From assembly GCA_905178155.1 (NCBI GenBank), contig CAJINV010000010.1, forward strand, positions 3,244,587 to 3,308,586: a DNA stretch of 64,000 bases, read 5' to 3'. The translations under genes and the position numbers were made by a program. This document shows, in pieces, positions 35,967-49,345 of the stretch. The notes beneath the pieces were generated by a model. The model ran no database searches. It was not told the origin of the DNA and worked only from the letters and a program-made list of their open reading frames with translations. This stretch comes from Amoebophrya sp. A120. Taxonomy: Eukaryota; Protista; Dinoflagellata. Positions within the stretch are counted from its first letter, which is position 1. Every line of letters starts with the position of its first letter.

Positions 35967-38900
35967 GCATACCCTCGTCGAGATGAATTCGTTCACGTGC
36001 GCCAGGTTTGAGTACATGCTTTCGAGCTGTTGGATCATGTCCTGTTTCTTCTTCGCGCTGTCCTCGTGGCGAAAAGACGTGTCCCTATGCAGTGCAAAAG
36101 CATCGTACTTCTAGTTGCGTTTATGCATTACAAATCTTTTTGTTATGGCAAATCCGCATTACAAATTCAATTTGTAATGCCAAGTCCATTTGTAATGCAA
36201 TTTCTACTAGTACAATACTTTTGCAGTTCATAGTCCCGCCGCAAGCGTGAGAAGTTCTTTTCGGCCCGTGCGAGCGAGTCCTCCAGCAGTATCCTGAGTA
36301 AAAACGTCCCCAACCCATAGTCCTCAAGATGGGAGATCTGCTAGACAAATCTACACGCTTAGGGGTGTTTCGCATGACAAGTTCGGCCTCGTAGCGTAAT
36401 CCTGTTTACCTCGTTCAGAAGCATCACAAATATAGCCTACTATGGTGATTCGAGCATTACAAATTCCAAAACACGACTAGAAAAGATCTGTCATGGGGCT
36501 CCGCATGCGAAACATTTTGAGCTTGAGCATGCGTTTTTGCATTACAACTCTGGGGAGGTGGGGACGTTTTTAAACAGGATAAGCAGCGCCCGCTCCTCAT
36601 CCTGCTGCCGGCAGAGCTCCTGCACAACTTTCGTGGTACGCTCGATCTCGTCTCTGGTGTCGTGCTGTCGCAGGGCTGCTGCGGGGGCCGCACTGTCTGC
36701 AGTTCTTGTACTATGTGCACTTGCAGCACCACTTTCTTGGCCCGACGTGGACTGCCAGGTGTAGAGGTCGCACAAGATCGGGCACCCGCCGTCTTGGTCT
36801 TGCACATGCAGCCTCGCCTGCGCAAACTCGAGGCACATCTGCAAGAAGCCGGTCTTTCGATTTACCCGCCCAAGGATATCCCCCTCGTCCAGGGAGTGAA
36901 GTGGCTCGGCGGCATATCAAAAGAAAAAAAATCGTCACGATCACTCACGGGAATTTTTGCAATACAAAGATGCCTGTCATGCGTAAAAAAGCATCACAGC
37001 CAAACTTCATATTACGGGATTCCTGCCTAGTGTAGTTGTTTCTGCAATTATACAAGCAAAAGTTGTGATGCTAATGCAACTTAGTGAGAGTGACCGTGAC
37101 AAACTTTTTATTTTCTCTCCATACGGCAACCAGCCTTCCATCCTGGTCAAAGGCGATCGGCACGACCGGACTGCAGCTGATCGTCCCCACGCACGGGCTA
37201 TGCATTGCAAAAATGTCTGGCTCTGGAAAAATTGCAAGGTTTGTAATGCATAGTTCGCATGAGCTATAGTGCCTGTAATGCATGACCTAGCATGACAGAT
37301 TTTTAGAGCGTTTCCTGTTGCCTATTCCGCATGAGAAATGCCCTCTGCGCGTAGCACAGACTGCGCTCCTCTTGCTGGTCATGCAATACAGATTTTTATT
37401 TTTTTGGAATCCAGACGAGACAGCATTACAAGTTCCATCCTTCCAGACCCAGACATATTTGCAATGCATACGGGTCTTGTCCCTTTGCGGTCTCCGTAAT
37501 CGGATTCGCACCTAATTCACAAATTTTTGATTTCGATTTCGTGCACCAAAAGAATTTGCATTTGGGGATGCGAAACATTAAATTGTCATCAGCACAACGA
37601 CAACGCAAGCAGCTCCTGTCGTGCACGAATTTGACCTTAGTGAAATTGCTTTTTGTAGTTTATTTCCTGCACAACTACCCGTTGCTTGCTCTGAATCGAC
37701 TACGACGTGCTGCAACATGTTAGTAGTAGATATTATATGCGTAGTAGATTGATAGTACTGCAGTCTAAATAGTACTCGTGATTCTGCGAAAATGGACGGT
37801 GATGCCCTGCAGGGACCCGATCCTCTGCACCACCAGGCTCAGTTTTTCGACGACGGTGGCCGACGCAAGACGGTCCAGGGCGGGGTGCCCGTATGAATTG
37901 CAAAAGCATCGTACTAGTAGTAATTGCATTACAAATTACCTCAGCATGACAAATGGAACTTGTCATGCTGTTTGACCTTCAGGACAAGATTTGTCATGCA
38001 TAATTGCGATTAGTACGAGTACGATACTTTTGCACAGGATAGCCCGGTCAAGTCGTCCATATAGTCGCCGTCGCAGGCCTATCAAATGCAAAAATGTCTG
38101 GGTCTGAAAGAATGCAGACTTGTCATGCATATTTTGTATGATGATTGATGCCTCTAATGCATGATCTAGCAACACAGATTTTTAGAGGGCTTCCTAATGC
38201 CTATTCCGCATGAGAAATGTATGCCCTCTCCACGTAACACAAACTGGAGTCCTGTTGCTGGTCATGCAATACAGATTTTTTTGGAATCTAAAGACAGCAT
38301 TACAAGTTGCAACCTTCCAGACCCAGACATTTTTGGAATCCATAAGGCCCCGTGCGACCGAAGAACAGAATTCTCGTCGAGCTTGGACAAGTACAGGCTG
38401 GACTTGCGGATATGAACGTGCACCACTCCCCCTCCCCCTCATTTGTGTTGCATGAGCAGCAATACAAACACCAGCACTCACACACGGAGCCTGTGCATCA
38501 CAAATCCATGCAGTTCTAGTGTAGTACTGTTTGGGCTTCCGGTTCCGGAATCTGTCATACATAATAGTGACACAAGGAAGCTGCACTTGGAGTTGAGCTT
38601 TTGCATGAGAAATAATGAGAACGAGGGGGAGTTCTCGTGCACTGTCATAGCGGACGTTTTCGCTGCAGATGCAGTTCTGGGCCATCTCGATGCCGAGCCG
38701 CCCTCCCGTGAGTGTGGCGGACCACTTCTTCTCTATCGCAAGAAAAAAAGTGCTACACTTCCACATTGTGTTGCAGGCCAGGCAAGACAGACAAGCTCTG
38801 TCATGCCGGATATGCATGATAGGAGCCTCGTTTCATAAGTAGGTGTTTTCCCGTACTAGGATTTCTACATTACAAGTTTTCTCTCTCATGCTGAGAAATT

Positions 38901-41359
38901 TGTGTTACTGAATTGACTACAAATCAATGTGTAACTGTAACAGTTTTTTCGTGGGATATTCTCGACCCCCTCCGGAATCCGCGAAACCAGCTGGGCTTGC
39001 GGAAAGCGCCGACGCAGGTCAGCAGCCTTGTGAGTGTGGGAGTGGGAGGGTGCAGGTACTTTGTTAATAACTTCTTTGGATCAACATCAAAACGTCGCTC
39101 ACAACGGAACAACATCCAAGCAAGTAGATCGAGGAGAAAAACAAATTGTGGTGGTATAAATATGCATGTAAAAAAAATCCCATCACTCAAACAATAATTA
39201 TGCCCGATGGAGTCCATAGTGAATGTGAAAGAACAAGAAGGGATCCTGAAAGGCAATATATGATAAACTTCTAGCAAGTAGAATTCTACCTTCCGCTCGT
39301 CGTATTCCGTGCGCACAACATCCAATCAAAAACACCCATCCCCATCCACTTTGTCATGCAAAACATGCGTGATTTGCTGCGTTTGTCATGCAAAAAATGG
39401 ATGGAGATGGGTGTTTTCTCCTGGATACACAATGGACAGCTTCAATTTTGCAGCACCCTTGGCCTTGTGCATGGCCTGCCCCAGCATCGCTGTTTGGCAG
39501 TTGATCGCGAAAATCAAATCCCCCGGCGCTAGTTTTAGAGGTGCCCCGTCTTTGTGCCCGGCGGCAGCGGTGGATCCGATCCGTGCGGGCGATTCTGCGC
39601 GGCCCGCAGGAGAGTCGGGGTCCACAGCGAGAATGATCCAGTCGCGTTTGTCGCCTGTGTCCACCCGAAATCCCCAGGACTGTTGCCCGGACGGGGATGT
39701 AGATGAAGATGATCCGCTTCTCTGCAATTCCAGCTCGAAAAAAATCGTCCGTTTCGCGGCACTATGAACTGCAAAAGCATCCTGCTAGTATAAATTGCAT
39801 TGCAAATTTCCTCAGCATTAGAAATGGAATTTGTAATGCGGATCTGCCTCAAGAAAAAGATTTGTGATGCATGACTCCGATTAGTAAGAGTACGATACTT
39901 CTGCAGAGGATAGGCACCTCTCACCGCGTCGCTTAGGGTTTGCGCGTCTATTACCTGCACGTGCTGCTCCTGTCCAGAACTGCCCTTGTTCTTCGAGTTG
40001 TCTACTGCGCCCCCGGGCAGCCGCATCTTGCTTGTAGTGGAGATCATCTTCACTCCCCCAGGCCCTAGCTCGATCACATTGTTGGCGTTGCTGACGGCAC
40101 CAGCTTCTAAGGGTATGCAAGAAAAAAACTGTGCACAGTGTAACTCTGTAATGCAGAACATGCAACAGAGTTACGCCTGTCATGCCAGACAGCCACGAAC
40201 TCCTCTTTTCATGCATGTTTTCCCTTACAAGCCACGCGTGACAGATTTTCTCTGTCATGTAGAGCAAATTTGTGATGCTGCCAGCCAAGGATAGCTACAC
40301 TAACACAGTTTTTTCGTTGGATAGAGGGTGGCTCGGCACTACCACTAGTACGACCATCGTCGGGACCACTCCTGCGGTTATAATTTCCAACCACGCTGGC
40401 ACCTGTACTACCATCACTTGCCCCGCCTCCTGCTGGGGTCGGAGAGCTCGACAACATGCGGCCCCAGGCGGAAAACATATCAAACGCAAACATGTCTGGG
40501 TCTGGAAGATTCATTATAGGGGGAGTTTGTCATGCAAATTGTACATGGCCCGCGATGCCTGTGATGCATGGTCTAGCATCACAGCTTTTGCGGAGGCTTG
40601 CCGTTGCCCATGCCTATCCTGCATGAGAAATGCCCTCGTCTCCGGGTGAAGGCAATTTGAGTGCCTGCTTATTTTGCTGGTCATGCAATACAGGTTTTTG
40701 TGTGATCGGAAGTTAGCAACACAAATCCCATTCTTTCCAGAACGAGACATATTATTAACTTGCAATGCATAAAGCAGGACAGAGAATAGCACGACGGTCA
40801 TGGCTATGAACTGCAAAAGTGTCTGGGTCTGGAAGAGTGCCAGACTTGTCATGCAGGTTTTCCATGACCCATGAGGTCTGGTATGTGGGACATAGCATGA
40901 CAGATTCTGTGAGAGATCTATCATGCCTATCCTGCATGAGAAACAGCCTCTCGATTAGGTGGAAAGTGGACAGCTTTTGGTAATCACTTCACGGCGCAAC
41001 GCAGATTTTATACATGATTCAGATTTAGCATGACAAGTTGCCTTGTTCCAGACCCAGACACTTTTGCATTTGATAATCGCCGCCTGCGTCAAGTCTGTGT
41101 CTGTTCGCTGCGCGACAAAATCACACGCAGGCCGCGCCAGCTGCAACAACTTGTAAGCAGCCGACCACTTGGAGAACGATGAAGTAGTAGAAGCTGCCAG
41201 CTCTTGTTCTACTACACCCGCATCTTCAGATGTTGTTGATGTTGCAACGCATTGCGCCAGCAGTTTGCGGTGCCCTTGAAAACGAAAAAACCGAATGGCC
41301 AGGGTGAAAACGACGCACCCAAGGGACGCATTCGCCTGGAGCCGGAGAAAGAGGTTCAT
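35967..41359 (-). CDS. Putative PDZ-domain protein; 12 introners; may be more than one gene
   Basis: WGFRV..IILAVDPDSPA..LAPGDLIFAIN and LDEGDILGRVN segments resemble PDZ folds. Confidence 0.45.
36086..36232. mobile_element. Introner family B
   Basis: TSD GTCCC. Confidence 0.9.
36290..36581. mobile_element. Introner family D
   Basis: TSD AGCAG. Confidence 0.9.
36915..37123. mobile_element. Introner family G
   Basis: TSD CGGCA. Confidence 0.85.
37199..37470. mobile_element. Introner family A
   Basis: TSD CGGGC/CGGGT. Confidence 0.85.
37892..38041. mobile_element. Introner family B
   Basis: TSD GCCCG. Confidence 0.9.
38080..38344. mobile_element. Introner family A
   Basis: TSD AGGCC. Confidence 0.9.
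38411..38649. mobile_element. Introner family H
   Basis: TIR TATGA..GTGCAC..ACTCCCC, TSD GCGGA. Confidence 0.85.
38734..38958. mobile_element. Introner family I
   Basis: TSD TTCTC. Confidence 0.85.
39763..39912. mobile_element. Introner family B
   Basis: TSD GGCAC. Confidence 0.9.
40114..40323. mobile_element. Introner family I
   Basis: TSD AAGGG/GAGGG. Confidence 0.85.
40478..40771. mobile_element. Introner family A
   Basis: TSD AAACA/AAGCA. Confidence 0.8.
40805..41075. mobile_element. Introner family A
   Basis: TSD ATGGC/ATCGC. Confidence 0.85.
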
Positions 41360-42593
41360 GTTGACAATGATGTGCTTTAGCTTTTATTGTTAGCGAAGAA
41401 AATGAAAATCATTAATATACTCACTCCGCCAGCGAACTTGAGCTACGCGAGGGAGAGATTCAAAGACCTTCTGGGTCGAGAAAATCAAACTACAAATGCA
41501 TCCGTAGTACTTGTCGTCCAGGACTATTAAAGGTAACTATGTATATGCATGGCTGTTCTCTCTCCATCCTATGGCAATGGTCATGTTGTCAAGTACAACC
41601 CTGTAAGGCAATGGCCTTGTTGTCAAGTTGTTGGAAACTGTACAGGCAGTGAAGTTGTGTCACAAGATGAACCCAGCAACTGCTACAACAAGTGAAGCTC
41701 ACCCGGGCCGGGGTCGCGAGGTCTTAGAGAATAAAGTGCACTCACTAGTGCTGAACTACTGCGAAGTTCTACCACAACTATCAATTTTCGCGTCTGCTAC
41801 CCGGGGTCGTGGAGCGACTTAAAGTAGAGGAACAAAAAACCAGCACCAGAGGACTTTTACTTCCTTAAGGCGAAGAAGTCCTCTTACACGCATATGTCCA
41901 TGAGGCTTTTTTTCTTATGCCGCAGTCGTATCTCGATCACTTTTCTGCAAGTTTTACGTTTATGAATGTTAATATACGTACAACTACAAACTCTTGATGT
42001 TCTTGTTCAAGTTCTTCAATATACATCAATCAGGGGGATATCTAAGGGAAAAATCGGAATACTTTTATTTGCCATGTTCAAATAGATACTATCACGTAGA
42101 AGGTGCTTGTTCCAGCAGACGAGAACTATTTGCTTGGCTAAAACTGAGGGGATAGAGTGGTAGAGGTTTTACGGTGATCGTGAGACTGAGAGTGATATAT
42201 CTGTATGTAAATGAAGAACTGTGCTGAGTGGTTCTGAAAAACTGCGCGAAGGGTGTCTTGCAGAAGCAGGAGAACTACGACTACAGACATTGCTTCTTAT
42301 AATTCTTGCATGAGCGAACAGAAAATCCGGTGCGTAAAACGATGGTTACTGGTGCAACGATTTGGGTTTATTACATTTATGCATGGAAAAATGGCAAGAG
42401 TTTGCTGCATTGGGCCTTAAAATAAGAAACATCATGGGAGGTTAGTGGTGAACTGAAACTGATGAAATTCGAAACTGATGAAACCCTAAATCTTCTTTTC
42501 GAAAAATTTCATCGAGACTATCTTACTTCGAGCCCCCCTTTTTTTCCTTGTTTTTTGCAGCTGATGTGATATAATCGTCATCTCGGGCTACTT

Positions 42594-45500
42594 TCATACG
42601 ACCTTAGGGTGCGCCCTGTGCAGCAGAGGTTTGGTGTTTATCGACGGCGGCGCCTGGTCTTCGGGTTCGCCCAACGTGCCCGTTGAATTGGTTTCGTCTT
42701 GCACTGCAAGAAAGGAGCCCGAGGCGGGTTTGCGGTGGTGTCGACTGGGGGGAGGATCCAGGTTGTAGTCGAAACATTCGTCCAGGTGCCTGCGCAGTAG
42801 GCCAGGTTCATACACTCGCACCGGAAAACCAGCAAAAGTGGTCACTTCCGTTTTCGGAAAGTCTTGGTCCGCGACCACTCGTGTGTCCGCACCAATCCAG
42901 TGGTAGCAGAGGTCTGTGTCCACGTTATCCGGTGCAAAAGTATCGCACTCGTAGAAATTGCATTTATAAATCTCTTTTTCAAGGTAAATCAGCATTACAA
43001 ATTTAATTTGTAATGCTGGGCGAATTTGTAATGCAATTCATACTAGTACGATGCTGTTGCACTGCATACACGTCCATGTAGGCCAAAACGTCTAGCTGGG
43101 TGTAATACGGGCCCCCCCGGAGGATATGGAAGTGTCAGGATCCACCAAATCGACAGAGTTGAAATAATTTGTGATGCATAAACTCGATGCCACTTAGCCC
43201 TACAGTTTGTAGTCGGCGCATGACAAATTTTCCCCGTCCTGGAAGCGATTCTGTCATGCGGTTTAGGGCAAAAGAGCTGCCTTCTGTCGTGCTAGTCAGC
43301 ATTCCAACTTTTGACCACGACCCTTACCAGGACTGTGATCTGCCTCCCGTGCGTCCTCTGCAATAGAGTCACTTCTTGCGTCGCATTTTATGCATGGCAA
43401 ATCATTGCAACTTTGTCGATTTCGATCCTGACGCTTCCATAGAGGAGGCTCCGAGAGTACTCGGAACAGCAACCCGCCTCCTCGGCTTCCGTGGTATGCA
43501 TTGCAAAAGTATCGCACTTACTAGTATACTATAAATCGCATGACAAATTTTATCTGGAAGAAAATTGGAACTTGTAATGCAGATTTGGGTAGGAAACTAG
43601 ATTTGTCATGCATGCCTGCAATTCATACGAGTACGATACTTTTGCACAGGATACGTGGCCGCGAGAGTGGATTTTTCATTTTCTCCCGTGGTCTTGTGTC
43701 GCATGAAAAAGCGGGCGCCGTGCCACGGGTAGGCGATCTGAGTACCGTATTTGCCATCCCCCTCCCACCACTTTCGCCGATCTTCATGAGATGCGCTGAC
43801 GTCGAAAGGGCTGCTGCTGGGGCTGGTTAATGTAGTTCCTGCAGCGGCGTCACGGCCCGGCTGCTCGACACCAGCGGAGCGGCCGTGGTCCAGGTCGGAG
43901 GTTTCATCTTGTTCGCCAGAAGTGCTAGTACTTGCAGCAGGACGAGCTGAAACAGCATGAAGTTATGCACTGCAAAAGTATCGCACTCGTACTATACTTC
44001 TAATCGCATTCATGCATTACAAATCTCGATCTCAAGGCAAATCCGCATTACAACAAAGTTCATTTCTCATGCTGAAGAAATTTGTGATGCAAAAATTCAT
44101 ACCTCCAGGACAAGACTTTTGCAATGCATAGAAGTAGCCGATCCTCGGTTTGTTCATTTTCGCTTGTAGAAGTAGTTGCAGTTGTAGCTCCCCGAAGTAG
44201 TAGATCGACACGTTCCTCTCCACCCTGGTGTGCCGCGGCATTGTCATTGTCCCCGCACGACAGCGCTTCCTGCTCGCCTCCGTTCTTTGTGGAGGTTGAA
44301 CTTGGTGTGAACTTTTGCCACAATTCGTTGCCGATGACGAGAATGTAGGTCGCCCCCGTCTCCTCGAAAACCTGTTCCATGCTCTCGATCAAGTGTGTCT
44401 GATACACGATGGCGACCGTTTTCTCCTCACCCGGCGAGGACACTGCTGGTTCCGCGACTCCTACCCTGGTCGCATGATGAGGAGCATGTTCTTTATCCAG
44501 TTCTTCAGGCAGACGGGGGGACACAAGCGGAACGACCACCCACAAGCGGGTCGAGTTTTGCGGTTGCGCCACCGTGCCTGCAGTAGTGCCGAAAGGTTGC
44601 GCGATCCCGTGCTGCCAGGCGTAGTGGATGACGTTGCGCCAAAAGGAGTATCAAATGTAAAAATGTCTGGGTCTGGAAGCTTGCCAGAATTGTCAGGCAC
44701 ATTTTGCATGACTCCTGATGTCTGTGATGCATGCCCTAGCATCACAGATTTTGTGAGGGCTTCCTGATGCCTATACCGCACAACAAATGCTCTTTCCGTG
44801 TAGCAAAATTTGGACTCTCTTTGCTGCTCATGCAATACAGATTTTTTTAGAATCCAAAATCTGCATGACAAGTTGGATTCTTCCAGACCCAGACATTTTT
44901 ACAGTTGATAAGGAGGCTGGCGCGACCACGTCCACATCGTCGTCCCACGGGATGATCGACTGATGCCGCCAGTATCCCAACGCCGTTCCCGCGACGATGG
45001 AATAGGGCTGCGCCCCCGAGTCGTGATCCATGCCTTCAGCAGACGCGGAAGCGATTTTTCCGTCGTGCTGGTGGTCCTTGTGAGCAGGAGCATCAGGACG
45101 ACGATCATCAGCGTTCTCCGATTGTAGTTCTTCCTGTTGCTTCAGATTCTGATTTTTTCCCGAAGGTAGAACCTCTGTTGGGCCGCGAAAGATGTCCCGG
45201 TTCTCCGATACAAAGCGGTGAAAGTCCCGCAAAAGCTGCGTCAATTCCTCGTATTTGGACGCCACTTTATTGAGAGGAAAAATCCCCCCTCCCCATATCA
45301 AAGCGGAAATCTGTGATGCAGATTTGTTGTCACAAATCAGCTTTGTAACGCTACACGGGAAAAGATGCGGACTGTAGTGCTGGGTGGCGTGGGGGAGCCT
45401 TGCATCTTCAGCATGATAGGAGGCAGCTGAGAGTGGGAAACAGCATGACAATTTGCCTGCAAACGAGACCACGACTGCGGCTCTTGGCCTTCTAGCATGA

Positions 45501-48500
45501 CAACTCGATTTGGTGCCTCAAATCCTGCATCACAGATTTCCATTTCGATATGGGGAGGGGGGATTTTTCCGTTTGATACACTTCGTAGTTGCCTTCCCCG
45601 TAGAAAGCATCCAACTTTGGCTTCTCTGCGCGGAAGAAACTTGATGGCTCAGTTGTACTTGATGTGGGGCTTTTGAGGTTGGTGTCGGTGCTCTTCGGCG
45701 TAGTTGTAATTTTCCTCGTAGCTGCTGCTGCCAACATCTTCTGCCCCCGCCCTATCGGGGACCCCGAAACAGCTGCATCTTCTTGCTGACGTCTTCGGAA
45801 ATCTCCGGAGAGCCTCCAAAGAAAAGCGAGCCCTCCTGCGGAAATCAACGTAGACAGCAACAGCCCGCGCCAGCCAAAGGCAGTTGTAGATGATGTTCTT
45901 GCCGTTTGTTGTTCATGTGGGCCCCTCGCAGAATGGGAATTATCATTCCCCTGAGCTGCATTTCCATTTAATACAACTTCAATATCCTCTGCGTTCAGAA
46001 CGGAGTTCTGCTCTTCTGTCGGGTGGCTGTCAACATCAAGCTTCGGGGCCGGCATTTTTTTGCTCGTGGTCCCGTCGGCGGCGGGCTTCGACACTGTACT
46101 AATATCGGGCGTTGTAGTCATGTTTTCACCTCCCGTCGTGTCGGGGGTCCCGCCGCCTTCTTTTTCAGGATCATCATCTGCGTTACCCGACGATAAATTG
46201 AAGTCCATTGCGAACCAGGCGATGCCGCAAATCATAATTCCCGACAGCAAGATTTGCACCGTGGTCAGCGTTTGGCGGAAGACCAGGAAAGCAAAGGTTG
46301 CCAAGAACAGAAAGTTTACGTACCTATAGCACGCCTGGGCCACCACATTAGTTAGCTTCGAGAGTTCGGCCGTCGCCGATGTCACGGCAAATCCCAGCAG
46401 GCAGCAGAGCAAAATCAATTTCGGAAGCAGTCCTGCAATGTACTGTGAGGAAAGTGGACGACGAAAACTCAGGTCGTGGTCTTCTCCACCAAGTACATCA
46501 CCAGCAGCAGCGGCAGCCTCGACATCGTCGTTGGCGATAAATTCATCATCACCATCATGATGAAACAGCCCGTAGATCACCGGAGACACTTCGGTCTGCA
46601 CGAGGACATTACACCGACTCCCAAAAAGCGCGAAGGGCTTAATCCCCTCCAGCACCAGGGTGGCCAGAAATAAGCACGCAAATTGCACACTACACGTATG
46701 GAACTGCCAGGATCGAAATCGGCAAAATCGAAAGATTTGTGATGCATAAAATGTAGGGGACTGAAGGCCTGTATGGGGAAGCAGGCATATGAGACTGATT
46801 GCAAGCCTGTTTGGGGGTATGCAATGTGCTGCGAGAGTAGCATGACAGGGGCAGTCTTCTTTGCCCAAACAGCATGACAGACTGGATTTGGGTGCTCCCG
46901 AAATTTGTCATGCGCCACTTCGAAACTGAGGCTCCAACTGACATCGATTTTGTGCATCACAAATTTTTCGATTTTGTCAATTGCGATTCTGACACTTCCA
47001 TAACACGCAGCTGCCGAGTACTCCACGACGGCAATGGTGGTTTTTTTCTTGAAAAATATTTTCCGCGTGCTCTGTTCTTCCTGAAGATGGTCTACTTCGT
47101 TGGCATGTCGTTCGTTGCGTGGAAGTAGGCCGTCTTCATCGTAGTGGTCCTGGAGAATGTGCTGGTCTTCTTGCCGTAAAGTAGCCAGTTCTGGATCTGC
47201 TGGTGCGATTTGAGAAGTGCCGTCAGTCGAAGATGCCCCTGCAGTCAATATTTGCGGCCTTTGCGATTGCGGCTTCTTTTTTTTAGCAAGGGTAACTACA
47301 AGGGATTCCAGTGAGGCTGGCAAAAACTTTTCCTCGTGGAGACAGTACTGCCGGGCGGCATCTTTCAGGCTCGAGAAGAGTAACGCGATATCAAATGCAA
47401 AAATGTCTGGGTCTGGAAACTTGTGATGCTGGGTGGCGTATCGTGAGGAGGCCACATGTGCTGGCTCAGCATGACAAGTTTCTGAGCTTCTATGTGTTGC
47501 CGATTCGGCATGACAAACTGCGTTTCTGCATGATAGAAAAAATGGAGCTCTTGGGTAACGTGCATGACAGATTTAAGAGTCATGCCAGACAAGCATGACA
47601 AACATGCATTCTTCCAGACCCAGACATATTTGCAATCCATACGCGAGGCCGCAGCACAAAATTCCGAGAAGCACGTCTTCCCGATGCGTCCTAGTTGAAG
47701 TTGATGCTCCTCCATCTACCCCAGAATCTTCATCTTGCGCCGACGAGTCGTTGTGGGACGCGAGGAAACAGGCCGAGCCGACCGCGCCGAACAAGACAAG
47801 CCCCAACTGCATGCACACCCGTGCGGGACTCCTCATGGCGTGCCAAGGAAAAAGGTACGCCCCGCTGTTGCTGTTCGCGTTATTTTTTGTACCGCCATTT
47901 CTTTGTTCTGCAGCATTTTGATTTTCGTCGTCGTGCTTTGCCGACTTCTTATTTCCGTAGTTCAGCGAGTCCAACAGAAAGAAAACAATCACATCGGAGA
48001 GGAGCAAGTTTTTCATGAGAACGCCGTAACTCGTCGGCGGTAGCAAATTCAAGGCCATGTTCGACAGGGCAATATTGGTCGCGCCAAACACGCCCGCGAC
48101 GTAAATCAGGGCACGGTAATTCAGATGAACGACAACCACGTCGTCTCTGTCCAGCACTTGTGCTCCCTGGTCAACATTTGTTCCGCTGCAGCGAACAGCA
48201 TCCTCGCCTCCTGCCCCTGCTGCGAGGAGTAAATGCTCACTCTTCGTAATCTGGTTGCCCGTTCTTCCGTCGGTCTTTTCATCTTGGCAAGAAGTAGTAC
48301 CTCCAGAAGCGCCGTCCCGCGTTTGTGCTGAAGGACACTCCTGGGGGAAATAAAACGGTAGGGTCTTCGGACCACCGCTCGATTGTTTCATCAGTTGCGC
48401 GCACTTTTTGTTGTTTTCACTGCGCGATGAAAGCAAAGACTGGCGCGGCTCAGGTGGAGCTGCATTGACGGCGCCACGACTGCTGGATTGGGCTTGTTTC

Positions 48501-49225
48501 GCGTAGCCGCCACTCTGCCCACCGCCCCGAGCAGTAGTTGAGTCGTTTTTAGAAGTACTGTTAAACCCCTCGTCGTCATCGGCGGCACTACTTGTTCCGC
48601 TTCCCGCAGTAGTAGAGGAATAGTTGGCGCGGTGGTCCACATAATTGTCAACATCTCGTGGTCGCCCCTGTTCATCTTGTTGTTGCCTGCTCCAAGAGAA
48701 CAATAAATCGGTGTCGCTTCTCGGCTCGTCTTCTTGCTGTGCTTCTTCTGTTTCTCCGATATGATCTTCGAGTAAATGCTGGCTGTCGACGGCGGTCCTC
48801 AAAAGCTGAATTCTATTTTTTCCCCGATGCGACGTCGTCTCGGACGCTGGTCGTGAAGACGCAAGTTTAGAATTCCCATCTGTCCCCGGAACAAAAATCA
48901 CCTGGTCCGATACGACCGATTTTTCCCCGTCGGCTCTGCTTAATACCTTGCCCGGCGAGTTCTTAGTCTTCGACGACTGCTGTCCCTCTTCAACATCCTT
49001 ATGTGTTTCATCCTGGTGCCCTTTATTGACATCACCAGCAGCAGAACAGAAAAACGTTGTGCAGCATAGCACCACGACGCCCAGGAAACTATTACATGCC
49101 GAGACAAAGAGCGGGTAAGGGAAGTGGAGATGAACGAAAATGAACTTCATCGAAAGCAGCAGCGCGGCGTACGCTATGCCTTGCGCTATTACCGCAAAAA
49201 GGATCTTCGCGGCCTCCGACCTCAT
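42594..49225 (-). CDS. Fusion of a TPT/nucleotide-sugar (DMT) transporter and a C-terminal LicD-family phosphotransferase; 8 introners
   Basis: N-terminal LSMKFIFVHLHFPYPLFVS and NIALSNMAL; LicD motif GTALGYWRHQSIIPWDDDVDV, QLDVLAY, FP..TFAGFPVRV; all 8 junctions checked in frame. Confidence 0.8.
42926..43068. mobile_element. Introner family B
   Basis: TSD CACGT; frame restored. Confidence 0.9.
43125..43441. mobile_element. Introner family E (opposite orientation to 46697-47002)
   Basis: TSD GAGGA; frame restored. Confidence 0.9.
43495..43653. mobile_element. Introner family B
   Basis: TSD CGTGG; frame restored. Confidence 0.9.
43964..44130. mobile_element. Introner family B
   Basis: TSD GAAGT; frame restored. 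Confidence 0.9.
44649..44910. mobile_element. Introner family A
   Basis: TSD AGGAG; frame restored. Confidence 0.9.
45268..45578. mobile_element. Introner family F
   Basis: TSD CACTT; frame restored. Confidence 0.9.
46697..47002. mobile_element. Introner family E
   Basis: TSD ACACG; frame restored. Confidence 0.9.
47389..47641. mobile_element. Introner family A
   Basis: TSD CGCGA; frame restored. Confidence 0.9.
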
Positions 49226-49345
49226 TTTTTTTTTGCCTCCTGCTGTATACAGTTATTAATGGTGCCGTCAAGCTCTACCTTCTTTAGAAATGAAAATGAC
49301 AGAAAGAGTTTTTTACACTTACATGATAGAGAAGAAATAGAACCG

